A DNA stretch of 64,000 bases. Origin: Balanoglossus misakiensis. Its lineage: Eukaryota > Animalia > Hemichordata. Positions 24,449 to 36,019 of this stretch are shown in pieces. The stretch is taken from the NCBI GenBank assembly GCA_040954595.2, contig CM082593.2:11049477-11113476 (forward strand), given 5' to 3'. Numbering within the stretch: the first letter of the stretch is position 1; each line of letters opens with the position of its first letter. The notes beneath the pieces were generated by a model that worked only from the letters and a program-made list of their open reading frames with translations, was not told where the DNA came from and did not search any database. The position numbers and the translations under genes are program-made.

Positions 24449-24690
24449 ATGTGGATATATAGTGAATCAACGTTCGACCACACACAGCTTCCATCCCGTT
24501 TGTAGGATATGACAGTAAAAACTCGCCCAAAATGAATAAATGGTAAAGACCAATTATTCATTTTGGCAAGATTTTTCACTCTCGTGTCTACAAGCAGTGT
24601 GTGTTGTTGAATGTTGATTCACTATATATCCACATGTACATTAACATAAATGGTGTCTTGCATCAAACATAATTAATGGAAAAGGGTCCC
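24449..24690. mobile_element. Palindromic ~185-bp repeat plus tail; partial copies at 10620-10760 and 12920-13065
   Basis: atgtggatatatagtgaatcaac ... gttgattcactatatatccacat, followed by a shared tcaaacataattaatggaaaa block in all three copies. Confidence 0.8.
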
Positions 24691-25909
24691 TTTAATTTAT
24701 ATACTTATCAAATTGTAAGCTAACCAATATGGTTAGAAGTCCGATTTGCTTGGACGTGAACCAATATGATCTATCAAAATTTTCTGGTAAAAGTTTGAGT
24801 AACTATAACTTGTGCTTTCACCTTTTTTCATCATGTTGCTTGGGCCCTGACAATGCTGCTTTATAGCTACTACAGGATTAGATTACTTCCATTTGGCAGT
24901 AGCATATAAGTGTAATGGTGTAGAAAGTTTATCCTGTTTACTGAAAGAGGAATTGCAAGAGAAACCATGTGTTATAAAAAAAAACTAGAAGATATTAAAT
25001 AGCCTTAGTAAACATTTCCCAGAAACATTTCAATGAACAGTTACCATAATGTACTTTACATTAGAGTCAGAGGTGACTAAAAGGCTAATATTGTCATTTG
25101 TGAAATGTACACAATTGTATTTATATTGTCGGTGAACTGTTTAGCTGTGTTGTCAGTTATGTTGAGCTTATTAGATTGGGTGATTGTCTTATTGGGTGAG
25201 TGGTGTCACTGTCTGTCACTTTTCTTTACTGAAACCACGGGGCCAATTACTTTGAAATTTAGTATGCAGGTTCCTAGGGTGAAGTTGGTAGAGTTTATGT
25301 AAATTGTGGTGAAATGTGTAATTTTTGATCAATTTTAGTTGTGTTTAGTTAAATTCTTTGTACAATTACTTTGCAATTTAGTGTGTAGGTCCTTGGGGTT
25401 GATTTTACTGGAATTTGCTCAATTTGTGACAGAATGTGGAATATGTTATTTCGGAAGCAATTGCTTGTTTGGTCTTTTTTATTTCATAAACCAGATACTG
25501 TGATTGTTTTTCTGTTCTTTTTTGTATGTGTGTCTATTTTCACAATTGAAATAAAATAATATAAGGCTATATAAAATAAATTGGTGTTTTATGCTTTTTG
25601 TTATTGATATTGTTTGTATGGTTGATATCAGATATCATATGTCTTATAGTGAGAAAGAAACCACTACACAATCCCTAGTAGTATTTGTGGTAATATATCT
25701 GTTTTGAGAATATAGCCAATTAGTATATTGTAGTCTTTGTACAACTTTTCTTCAAAATGTGTTATATGAACAAATAAAATATGGCAAGAAGATGAATTGT
25801 TTCGAAGAATGAATCATAATAAACAGTAGAATTTGGTCAATTTTTGTTCAGGCATAAAGAAATAGCTTGTACATGAGCTTGCACGACGGTATTTGGTCAA
25901 TACAGGGCG

Positions 25910-26074
25910 CATGCATGTATGTATGTATGTATGTATGTATGTATGTATGTATGTATGTATGTATGCATGTATGTATGTATGTATGCATGCATGTATGTAT
26001 GTATGTATGTATGTATGTATGTATGTATGTATGTATGTATGTATGTATGTATGTATGTATGTATGTATGTATGT
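25910..26074. repeat. (TATG)n/(CATG)n microsatellite
   Basis: Direct reading. Confidence 0.97.
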
Positions 26075-28523
26075 ACCTATCTAACACACAACACACACTG
26101 TGTATATTTGTTGGGCATTTTGGTTTTCTACCACATATCTCAGTAGTTTCCATGCCATAGTGACTCTTCAGTTTTACATAATGATATCCAATATAACCCA
26201 ATCTACTATTAATGCGATTTTTTTTTTCATTTTGATTGTGGAAATGGTTAAAAATGAAAAACATCTGAATTTGTACTTTAATAAATATAAGCTATATAGT
26301 ATTTTAAAATGGTCATAAATTTATGTTAACATGGCAAAACATGTTTTAGTGTTTATGTATACTTGTTTAATATAGAGAAATAATTGTACAAATAAAATGA
26401 CAACTTACTTTTGCTTTTAAAAATAATTAAAAATGGTAATGTTTCTTGAGATATACCAGGGTTTCTAGAATATAGAGGGCGCTGGCACGGGAACATTTGA
26501 TGGTTGTCCCCAATACAACATTCTGGTATCATGTTTTATCATCTGTGGACATTTGGCAGCGATATCCAACAGGATGTGCATAAAATCCCGAGAAGGTCTT
26601 CTCGTTGTATTGCTTCTTGAGATATTGAAACTGTCTTGAATCCCAACGCGAATGTGATGGTGATGCGTATGTTGTTGCACGTAGTCACATCCGAAAACGA
26701 ATCAAGTGCTCTTGTTGTTCAGCAGCTGAATATAGGTTAGTGGGATATGTGTATATTCTCGTGGTTATTTTTAATGAGTATAAATGACAGAATCGGTGGT
26801 TTGAACGTGTAAGAGTTGATGGTATTGGTTATGTAGTTGTGTTTTATCTAATGGTAGTGTGATTTTAATTGTGTATGAGGCGATGGCAGTTTTGTCAGGC
26901 TTTTTTTATTTTTGTGTCGAGCGACATCCAATATGGCGGTTGTCGTTATATACTGAAAGGGTTTCGTTTGTATGCATGTTTTGGCAAATTGTATATATGT
27001 TAAGATGGTGAAGTTTGCTTGAAGGAATAGAAACATCAGAGGCTGGGTACATCGGAGTTTCTATTTCATTCCATACAAGTTGAAATTAAGCTTATTTTTG
27101 GAGTGTATACAGGTACATATGATTATTTAGAAACGGTTTTAGGCAAGTGAATCTGCTGAATTCGGGCGATCGGTCTTGTATCGTGTGTATGAAACGTACA
27201 AGCAGTGGTAGGATATTATTTTGGGATGTGTACTTCAATAGTTTCCATGTCTCTTATATGTATTTGTCAAAAAATAAACAGTAGTAAAAATGGATTGTAT
27301 TTTCCATTATTTTTTCTGTTAATATTGTATGTTTACATGACCAAAAGCCTTAAGGTTTTCATTGGAATTTATATCAGGGTAATCAATTTGTTTATGATAA
27401 TTATTTGCTTCAAATATGGAACAATCTGTGTGAGTACATAACAGAAACATTGCTAGATAATTTGACATTTGAATTGTTCGTAAGAATGTGAGGACAAGCA
27501 TAGAATTGGCCAAATTATGCTGGTGACCACTCTGTTTAGTGTGTATGCTTTCTAGTCGTGACAGGCATGTTAAAAACATAGACAATGAAATCTGGTTGGA
27601 GCATGAAAAGTAGAGTTGACTTGTTAACATATTTTGATGCCATGAAACCATTTTGTGGACAGGACAATTTATGTGACCAAGAATTGATTTTCTGAATATC
27701 ACAAGGTTGATAGTGAATTCATTGTAATTTGTTGTCCTGTTTAAGTAGTGGGGTTATTGTAAAAAAATCATCATTCGCTATCTTGTACTTGGAGTGATGT
27801 CATCTCGACATTGATACATTATGGCTATTGAGAGGTGTGTGTTATGCAGGCAAGTGTATATCTTGATGTACTTGTTTAAATACACAATTATACTTAATGA
27901 TTTAATTTAAAAGTTTTGTTTATTTTCTTGACAGTTTTGGCTACCAAAGAGTTCTCAAGGTGAGTGTTGGTGTACATCAGTGCAAAGTATCATGTACAAA
28001 CTAAGAGATCAACACACTCAAATGTGTATTGTGTCGTGTACGAATTAGTTTCGTAAATCATTTGTAGATAACGTGTTTAGTTTTGTGGTAAGTGACACTG
28101 AGGTTTCAGATCGGATAGGATGATTGTCCAGTGCCATGCATTGTGTGTTAACATGTGAAAGCACTAGCCTAATTTGTTTGAAATTTGGTATTCAGGGATG
28201 ATGTAAGAAAAAATAATTTTAACAGTTCATAGAATCAGTGTTTATTAATACTTCAAAAAGGTATGTGACTTGAATGTGTGCAGTACATCATTGTGCTATG
28301 TGGTGTTAACACCATTGAATAGTGCCATTACTTACAGCAATCTTACAGCAATGGCTTCAGTAAAACATTGAGTATGATTTGTGTGATTCCTGATACCCCT
28401 GTCTTGTCATTTGTGATGTTTTACTGTGTACTTTTTGAAATAAAGAAACTGGTGTGTTAGTTGAATATGTCAGTGAGTGAATGTGCAATTGGACAGTGTG
28501 TTGGCAGTTAGTGGAGATAAAAA

Positions 28524-28597
28524 ATCCTCATGGTGTAATGGTTAACACACTTGTCACTTTGTGATAAGAGATCCAGGTTCGATTCCTGGTGGGGATG
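28524..28597 (+). pseudogene. Second tRNA-like copy (inverted relative to 24103-24176)
   Basis: atcctcatggtgtaatggttaacacacttgtcactttgtgataagagatccaggttcgattcctggtggggatg; A and B boxes intact. Confidence 0.7.
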
Positions 28598-29060
28598 ATG
28601 AAAAAAAGAGTCCATTAGCTGTGTGTTTGAGTATGAGTGTAATATATGTATGTACGTATTTATGCATGTATGTAGCCAGCAAACACACAAAACATATTGT
28701 GTATATTCAATTCCATACAGTGTTTGATAATAAATATGTTGCTGTTTTACAATTTGGCATTCACTGCTGATAATTAGGTTTCCATAGATACAAGCGGAAT
28801 GCAATAGAAGAGGGATAACCATATAAATGTATAGAAAAGGTAGGTTACCCCTTCCCCTATCATCCAAATACTACCACAGAGGGTGCTATACTATATGACC
28901 ATCAACTGAGTATCATTCAAATACTCTGTGCACAGTGGGTAAATACACATTTGTTTTTTTAGGAGACTTTCATCAGTTGCAGTAAAATACAACATGACTA
29001 CACTATATACACCAATGAGAATGGCCATGTAATTCAGAGAGTGCTTGATATTAAAACTGT

Positions 29061-30200
29061 GAGGAGAAATGCGCAGCCTGGAATTACTCTAGCTAAGACC
29101 TTGTATGCACCTATGAAAGATCGAAGTCCACGAACATTCTCTGGTGTAGAGCATGAGGAAAGGGGTGCGATACGGTGTTTGCTGGCACTGATTGTTCCTT
29201 GGTGCCAAATCCATCCCAGGATCATGGTAGTAGCTGGGCATATAGCTGTTTTGGCGGCAGAAAGGCATAATGCGTTGGCATGTAATGCCTGTAGCAGACG
29301 TTTCCAGTTGGTCTTGAGCTCATGTATGGAATTACCACCACAGAATAAGTCGTCAGCTAGTTTAGCTACAACACCATCTGCAAGGAGATCACCTAGGACG
29401 CGACACATGAGTTCTTCGAGGGCAGTTTCAGAACCGGGCATGCCCATAGCACATCGTGTGTAGACGCGTATGCCTCGGAACGGAGTAGCTACGCCGCAAT
29501 ATTTCAGGGACGTCCTTGAAAGCGGTATTTGGTAGAAGGCCTTGGTGAGGTCTGTGGTAATTATGTATTTCCACTGCGCGATGTGGCGAAGAGTACCATC
29601 CACATCTGGTAATACAGACGGCTGGGGTTTGCTATAGCGACCCACGTCAGCGAAGGCAGTGACTAGTCTAGAGCCACCGTTGGCTTTTTTTACCAGGAAT
29701 GAGGTGTTTATGTATTCGACGCTAACACTCAGGTCTTCTGGTCGGGCGAATACACCCATTTCTTCCAACTCATCGAACTTGGCCTGTAGTTCCAACAGAT
29801 TGTCATGTGGATAGAAGGGGAGGCGCCCCTTTCGCTGTGGTGGTTGCACAGGGCCCATATTGACAACTGCTTCGAAGGGACCCGACGCACCATTGTAGCC
29901 CTTGACGGTAGGGTTGAAAACGTCATCAAACTCTTGGTGAAGAGAGCGGAAAGCTGTACGGTCTGCTTGTGATAGGAGATTGTCAGGGTCAAGCTTAATG
30001 TCATTTGAGTAGTTGCCGACAGTGGTTGGAGACTTGGTGGGGAGAGTCTTCGTGGTGGAACTGCTGTGATCTATGACTGGGGTGAAGGTGGCGCGTACTT
30101 GGCAAAAGTGTTCGTTGCGCTGAAGTGTTTGTGGACTGTCAGATAAGTTGGGAATGCGAAGTTTTCCAGTACACTTGTCAACAGGTCTGGTGCTGGCCAT
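29061..30200 (-). CDS. Gypsy reverse transcriptase (truncated pol)
   Basis: [16 protein letters not shown]...[12 protein letters not shown]...MGMPGSE...LADDL...ILGW...LRSFIG. Confidence 0.92.
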
Positions 30201-31795
30201 GTGTTGTTAGGCGTGAACATCTTGTTAGGACGTGTGTCTGATCTAGGTTCGACTGCGTACGTCGTGTCAGTGGCCTGGAGTTCTGGTGGTAACTCTACCT
30301 CGATGAAGTCACCTGGCCAAATGGTAGAAGACACGGGAGGGGCCCTGAGTACATGGGTCCTGCGGATGCTGTGGCCGGTTGCTGGTGTTGACCCGTAGGT
30401 GTATGTCGTACCGTCACCGATCATGATTTGGCACTTGGCTGGGCGGACACTGATGTCATTTAGCTCCATAAAGGGAGTCCCTGCCAATAAGTCGACATCC
30501 AGGTTTTCCACAACTAGGCCCTCGAATATGAAGTTGATGTTGTCGCGTGTCAATTGGAATCTAGTTTCGCCTACAACTTTCAAGGGGGAAGAGCCATCGG
30601 CCTGATGTGCGGATTGGGAACTGGATTTTATTGGTACATTCAGTCGTCTGGCTAAAGACAGGCGCATCATGTTACCAGTGGCACCACTGTCGATAATCGC
30701 GCGGACGGTTTGGTAACCATAGAAAGTATCCAGGTATGGTGACTGGCGGACCTGAATTCGTAGGGCGGTGTTGGTAGTGCTTGAGTCTTGTTGTGAGAGT
30801 TCATCACTTGGAAGACAGTCATCTTCATCACTGTTAATGTCGAATATGTTAGCAACCTGTCGTGCTTTGGTCATGAACCGGCGATCTTGGTCTGGTAGGA
30901 ACTCACACTCACTTAGAAAATGCTGAGCCGGTCTGCCGGCTTGCTTGCACAGGGGACAGGAGCGATATGTTTTACGGCTTCTCTGTCTTGCTTTGGGCGG
31001 ACCAGTAGAGCGAGTGGGAAAGTTGTCCTTATAACGAGTGGTGTTGTGGTAGTTGGCTGCGGCGGTGCGCATGACAGTGGCGTCTTCTGTAGTGTGTATC
31101 TCATCCAGGAGAGAAGATAATGCCTGTGAAATTTCTGGCTTTACGGAGGCTAATGTACGGGTGCGTAACTCCGTGCCGTACCGTTGTTTAACAAGTCTCG
31201 GGAGATCTTTATGTATTAGCTGCAACCAGGTTAAGACCACAAAATTTTCCAAAGATGGGGAAAGCTCTTCATCCTCGGTAATGGCATCGCCGTGGTGGGA
31301 TATACCGCTATCACGACGGAGTAGGTTGTCCTCAATGAATGCGGTGAGGCGTTGGTAGAGGTCTTCAGGACGCTCATCGGGCTGAAGGTGGATTTGGCAA
31401 AAATCGATGAAATGAGCGCCAGTAGACTGGAAACCATAATGTAAACGAATTACCTGCCAAATACTGTCTATGGATGTCGAGTTCTTGACAATAGTACTGC
31501 GGGCTATAACGGGGCAGTAGTTGGCTATTTGGCCCAACATAAGCTCCAGAGCATTAACCTTCTGCTGGGCTGTAAGGCGTTTGTTTGCGCTGATGTCCTC
31601 ACCGTCGTTGGTAAACCCTCTCAGTGGACTAGACTTCGTTTTCTTTGTCCATTGTGCGCCCTCAGCGAGGAAAGGTGCAAAATTAGCATCAAGTGATAAC
31701 GTATATCTGAGGTTTTGGCGCCAATTCTCGAAGGAATTAATAGTCTCTGATTTGCTGAGACACCATTGCTTGGGTGCCCGCTGGAATGATGCCAT
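30071..31795 (-). CDS. Gypsy gag-aspartic protease ORF (frameshifted against pol near 30170)
   Basis: 574-aa [14 protein letters not shown]...; Zn-knuckle-like [18 protein letters not shown]; IIDSGATG; DLLAGTPF. Confidence 0.9.
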   Translation of the reverse strand: MASFQRAPKQWCLSKSETINSFENWRQNLRYTLSLDANFAPFLAEGAQWTKKTKSSPLRGFTNDGEDISANKRLTAQQKVNALELMLGQIANYCPVIARSTIVKNSTSIDSIWQVIRLHYGFQSTGAHFIDFCQIHLQPDERPEDLYQRLTAFIEDNLLRRDSGISHHGDAITEDEELSPSLENFVVLTWLQLIHKDLPRLVKQRYGTELRTRTLASVKPEISQALSSLLDEIHTTEDATVMRTAAANYHNTTRYKDNFPTRSTGPPKARQRSRKTYRSCPLCKQAGRPAQHFLSECEFLPDQDRRFMTKARQVANIFDINSDEDDCLPSDELSQQDSSTTNTALRIQVRQSPYLDTFYGYQTVRAIIDSGATGNMMRLSLARRLNVPIKSSSQSAHQADGSSPLKVVGETRFQLTRDNINFIFEGLVVENLDVDLLAGTPFMELNDISVRPAKCQIMIGDGTTYTYGSTPATGHSIRRTHVLRAPPVSSTIWPGDFIEVELPPELQATDTTYAVEPRSDTRPNKMFTPNNTWPAPDLLTSVLENFAFPTYLTVHKHFSATNTFAKYAPPSPQS

Positions 31796-32192
31796 GATGT
31801 ACTCTGGTAATGACTACAACTTCTGTGCTATCCAGTTAATGTATACTGACCGGTTGTACACTATGTGTGTGTGTCCGACAACTTGTTGACCAGGCAATAT
31901 ATGGTCCAGCGACGACTGTTCTGTCTTCAGGAGGCGTGTAGATTCGAAATCGCTGCCACCACGCCAGTGGGGATGCAAGCCCAATTATCGATGAGTCGGA
32001 ATCACAACCAGACACTTGGAAGTTGAGAACAATAACCAGTTTAATCGATACACTTCGTCGATCGATATATAAACATACATAGAGCAATGGCGGTCCAGCG
32101 GGGAGAGAGAGGACCGAGCATGCGCAAAAGGAACAAAAGTATAAACTAGTAACTACGAGTGAGGGCGTGCTACCGAACGCACTCCAGCAACA

Positions 32193-33026
32193 CTAATGGA
32201 ATGGCGTTGGACCAAGTTTATGAATGGATTTAAAAATGAGAACTAACATCTTAAAAACAATACGCTGTGTAACAGGTAGCCAGTGCAACTGATACAAAAT
32301 TGGAGTGATGTGACAGGTGATTTTTGAATGAGTAACAATTCTAGCAGCAATATTCTGAACGCGTTGGATACGGTTGATTGAATACTTCGGGAGCCCAAAT
32401 AAAAGTGAATTACATGAATCAATTCGAGAAGTAATGAATGCATGAACTAATTGCTCTCTAGCAGAATGAGATAAATATTTGCGGATAAGCGCAATGCGAC
32501 GTAAATGAAAAGTGGCAGAGCGGCAGATCTGTCCAATATGTGGCTTCATTGTCAGACAAGAGTCAAGGATCACACCAAGGCTCTTAGCCTGACAATGGAC
32601 AGGAATCAGAGAATCGCCAACACGAATTTCTGAAATCCCTCTAGCAGACAGATCACCTGAAATACCAAAGAAAATAACAAATTCAGTCTTATCATCGTAT
32701 AAGCACAAGAAGTTTTCAGACATCCAAAACCTAACATCGGATATACAAAGTTCAAGATTTGAAACAGTTCTTGCTGCGTTGTCTTTACTAAAAGACATAT
32801 AAAGTGAAGAGTCATCTGCATAAAAACTATAAAGACAACCATGACTTTGAACTAATTCACCAAATGGAGACGGGTACATATTGAAAAGTATGGGACCAAG
32901 AACTGATCCCTGTGGTACCCCAGTGTCGAGCCGATAGAAAGGTGATTGGGTGGAATTTACAAGTACACACTGACTACGATTGGAAAGGTATGACTTAAAC
33001 CACATGAGAACAGTATCTGAGAGACC
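32193..33026 (-). mobile_element. LINE (CR1/L2-like) RT C-terminal fragment
   Basis: WFKSYLSNRSQ...GVPQGSVLGPILF...YADD...DKTE...LGV...HITPILYQLHWLP. The ORF ends exactly at the Gypsy LTR. Confidence 0.93.
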
Positions 33027-34280
33027 AAAATACTACCACAGAGAGTGCTATACTATATGACCATCAACTGAGTATCATTCAAATACTCTGTGCACAGTGG
33101 GTAAACACACATTTGGTTTTTTAGGAGACTTTCATCAGTTGTAGTAAAATACAACGTGACTACACTATATACACCAATGAGAATCGCCATGTAATTCAGA
33201 GAGTGCTTGATATTAAAACTGTTTCATAGTTGTGGCCTTTACTGCTGATAATTAGGTTACCATAGATACAAGCCCAATGCAACATGACAGGGATAAACAT
33301 ATGCAAAGACAAGATTAAACCCCACCTCCATAATCAAAATACTACCACAGAGGGCGCTATACTATATGACCATCAACTGAGTATCATTCAAATACTCTGT
33401 GCACAGTGGGTAAAGACTTATTTGTTTTTTTAGGAGACTTTCATCAGTTGCAGTAAAATACAACGTGACTACACTATATACACCAATGAGAATGGCCATG
33501 TAATTCAGAGAGTGCTTGATATTAAAACTGTTTCATAGTTGTGGCCTTTACTGCTGATAATTAGGTTACCATAGATACAAGCCCAATGCAACATGACAGG
33601 GATAAACATATGCAAAGACAAGATTAAACCCCACCTCCATAATCAAAATACTACCACAGAGGGCGCTATACTATATGACCATCAACTGAGTATCATTCAA
33701 ATACTCTGTGCACAGTGGGTAAAGACACATTTGGTTTTTTAGGAGACTTTCATCAGTTGTAGTAAAATACAACGTGACTACACAATATACACCAATGAGA
33801 ATGGCCATGTAATTCAGAGAGTGCTTGATATTAAAACTGTTTCATAGTTGTGGCCTTTACTGCTGATAATTAGGTTACCATAGATACAAGCCAAATGCAA
33901 CATGACAGGGATAAACATATGCAAAGACAAGATTTAACCCCACCTCCATAATCAAAATACTACCACAGAGGGCGCTATACTATATGACCATCAACTGAGT
34001 ATCATTCAAATACTCTGTGCACAGTGGGTAAAGACACATTTGGTTTTTTAGGAGACTTTCACCAGTTGCAGTAAAATACAACGTGACTACACTATATGCA
34101 CCAATGAGAATGGCCGTGTAATTCAGAGTGCTTGATATTAAAACTGTTTCAAAGCTGTGGCCTTTACTGCTGATAATTAGGTTACCATAGATACAAGTGG
34201 AATGGAACCGGACAGGGATAAACATACAAAGGCTAGGTTAACCCCCCCCCCCCCAATACTACCACAGAGGGCGCTATACT
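33027..34280. repeat. Tandem array of a 309-bp unit (4 copies plus a partial); further copies at 28750-29060 (+) and 22960-23490 (-)
   Basis: tactaccacagag anchors at 33031, 33340, 33649, 33958 and 34257. Confidence 0.95.
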
Positions 34281-35175
34281 GATCATCAAGTCTGTACCAT
34301 TGAAATAAATCTGTGCAGAGTGGGTAAATTAGGCATTTGGTTCTTCAGATTTTCATAAGTTGCACTAAAATGCTATGTGGCCCACTACAAGGACAAATAA
34401 GTCAAAAATGGCAAATTTGACGTTTACTTTGAGGTTGGCATGGGGCAAACGAGACAATACAAGAACACTGAAACTCAATTAGTGAAACACTAAAGTTGTA
34501 CTTTATTTCTCTAACAAACTTAGAGAAAATTTACATGGCCATCTTTTTACTCAGAGACCTGATGTTGAATAGAAATGTGGTAGTGCAGGTCCACATGAGT
34601 GCCGTGTACTAGCCTCTCTCTCTGCAAATCCATCCACAACTTGCATGCAGATAGTGGGAGTCTGATGTAAGCAACTACTGCAGTTACAGTCAGGACGTAA
34701 GTGGGATAATTAAACAGCAGGGGATCATGCAATGCAAACACTTGAACTGGCCAGTAACGTTTGAATTGCTCATTTGCATACAGTTTTTCAACTTTTTTCA
34801 CAACGAAAGTTAAGCAACTAGCAACCCATTTCTGACAATTATTTCACCCCAGGCACATTACTGGTACTATGAGTGTACTACATGTGATTTTTCATGAAGT
34901 TTTATCGAGAAGAATTTCTTTACTTCCACTGACAAAATTGTGATCACGAAATTCAAAGTGACCTTGAAGTTACAAAAAAAAAAATATCAGCCATACCCAC
35001 ACAAAAATTAACCCCCTCAGGTTTTAGAAACATTATTAAACTCCTCTATTCATAATTTTGACATGAATATATCCATGCCGAGAGTCAAGGACCACAATTT
35101 ACTGTGCCATAGGTCAGTCCTGAGAAGTCAGTCAGCGTGAATAGTGTATAGACTCCGTATGTAATATGCTAATTA

Positions 35176-35318
35176 AGCAATAAAACACCCCCAGCCATGG
35201 TATATCACGAGATTTTGACCAGTTCACGACATATACGCACGAGCGATAGCGAGTGCGTATATGGAGTTGAACTGGTCAAAATCGAGTGGTATACCATGGC
35301 TGGGGGTGTTCTATTGCT
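35176..35318. repeat. ~143-bp hairpin/palindromic repeat
   Basis: agcaataaaacacccccagccatggtata...ttttgaccagttca...atatacgcac[gagcgatagcga]gtgcgtatat...tgaactggtcaaaa...tataccatggctgggggtgttctattgct. Confidence 0.9.
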
Positions 35319-36019
35319 ATTATATTATGCCAGTATATTGAAACTTTGCATAAAACATTTTAAAAAGGCATTTTCTTTAACTATGATATATGACTGTGGT
35401 ATATGGCTAATATATCACGGTCACGTGTCGTGTCTCGACCAATCAAATAGCGTGATTTAAACCATCAATATACTGGTATAATATAATGAGAGATAACGAC
35501 GCGTTGAAAAGGAAGCCATTACGTCATGGGTTAACATGCGTTGACCTACTTCAATGCATACACATATGGCAAACACGGCTGTACTCGTCGATGGCGAAGG
35601 CAATTTTTACACCGTCATTACTCCACAACGGAGCGGCTCACACTATTATAATTTCACGGTAACTTAGTTCAATATCTTCCTAACCTACCCAATTTTTTTC
35701 AAGACAAGAAATCTTTGCCGAGAGTCAAGGACCACAATTTAAACCAACATACCGAAACTGTCTTTCTCGGGAAAGCGTCGTTAAAACTTCACGAAAAATC
35801 ATCCTATCATTGACTATGGTGTTTCATACACGTCTTAGAAAAATGGGTGCACTACGATCACTTGTAGTACCGAAAATCTCCGTTTGAAAATTTTTCGAAC
35901 TGGCCATAACTGCCACTCAGCGACTTTCACATTCAAATAGATCTCTTTGATCTCACCGCCGTAATTACCCCACTTACGTCCTGACTGGTTAATACTTACA
36001 AAGTGTATTACCTCCAACA

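Larger units (their letters stand above)
29061..32192 (-). mobile_element. 3'-truncated Ty3/Gypsy LTR retrotransposon (5' LTR, PBS, gag-protease, RT; no integrase or 3' LTR)
   Basis: LTR ~31962-32192 begins TGTTG. PBS TGGTGGCAGCG at 31961-31951. gag has CPLC...HFLSEC and protease IDSGA. RT has [19 protein letters not shown]. Cut at 29061 by a 309-bp-repeat sequence. Confidence 0.93.

Noticed and set aside
23590-26264. MYVC/HTYI repeat proteins
   Set aside because: Translations of TATG/CATG microsatellites in several frames.
26465-26730. Possible upstream exon of the SVEP1-like gene
   Set aside because: No Cys pattern or pentraxin similarity in any frame.
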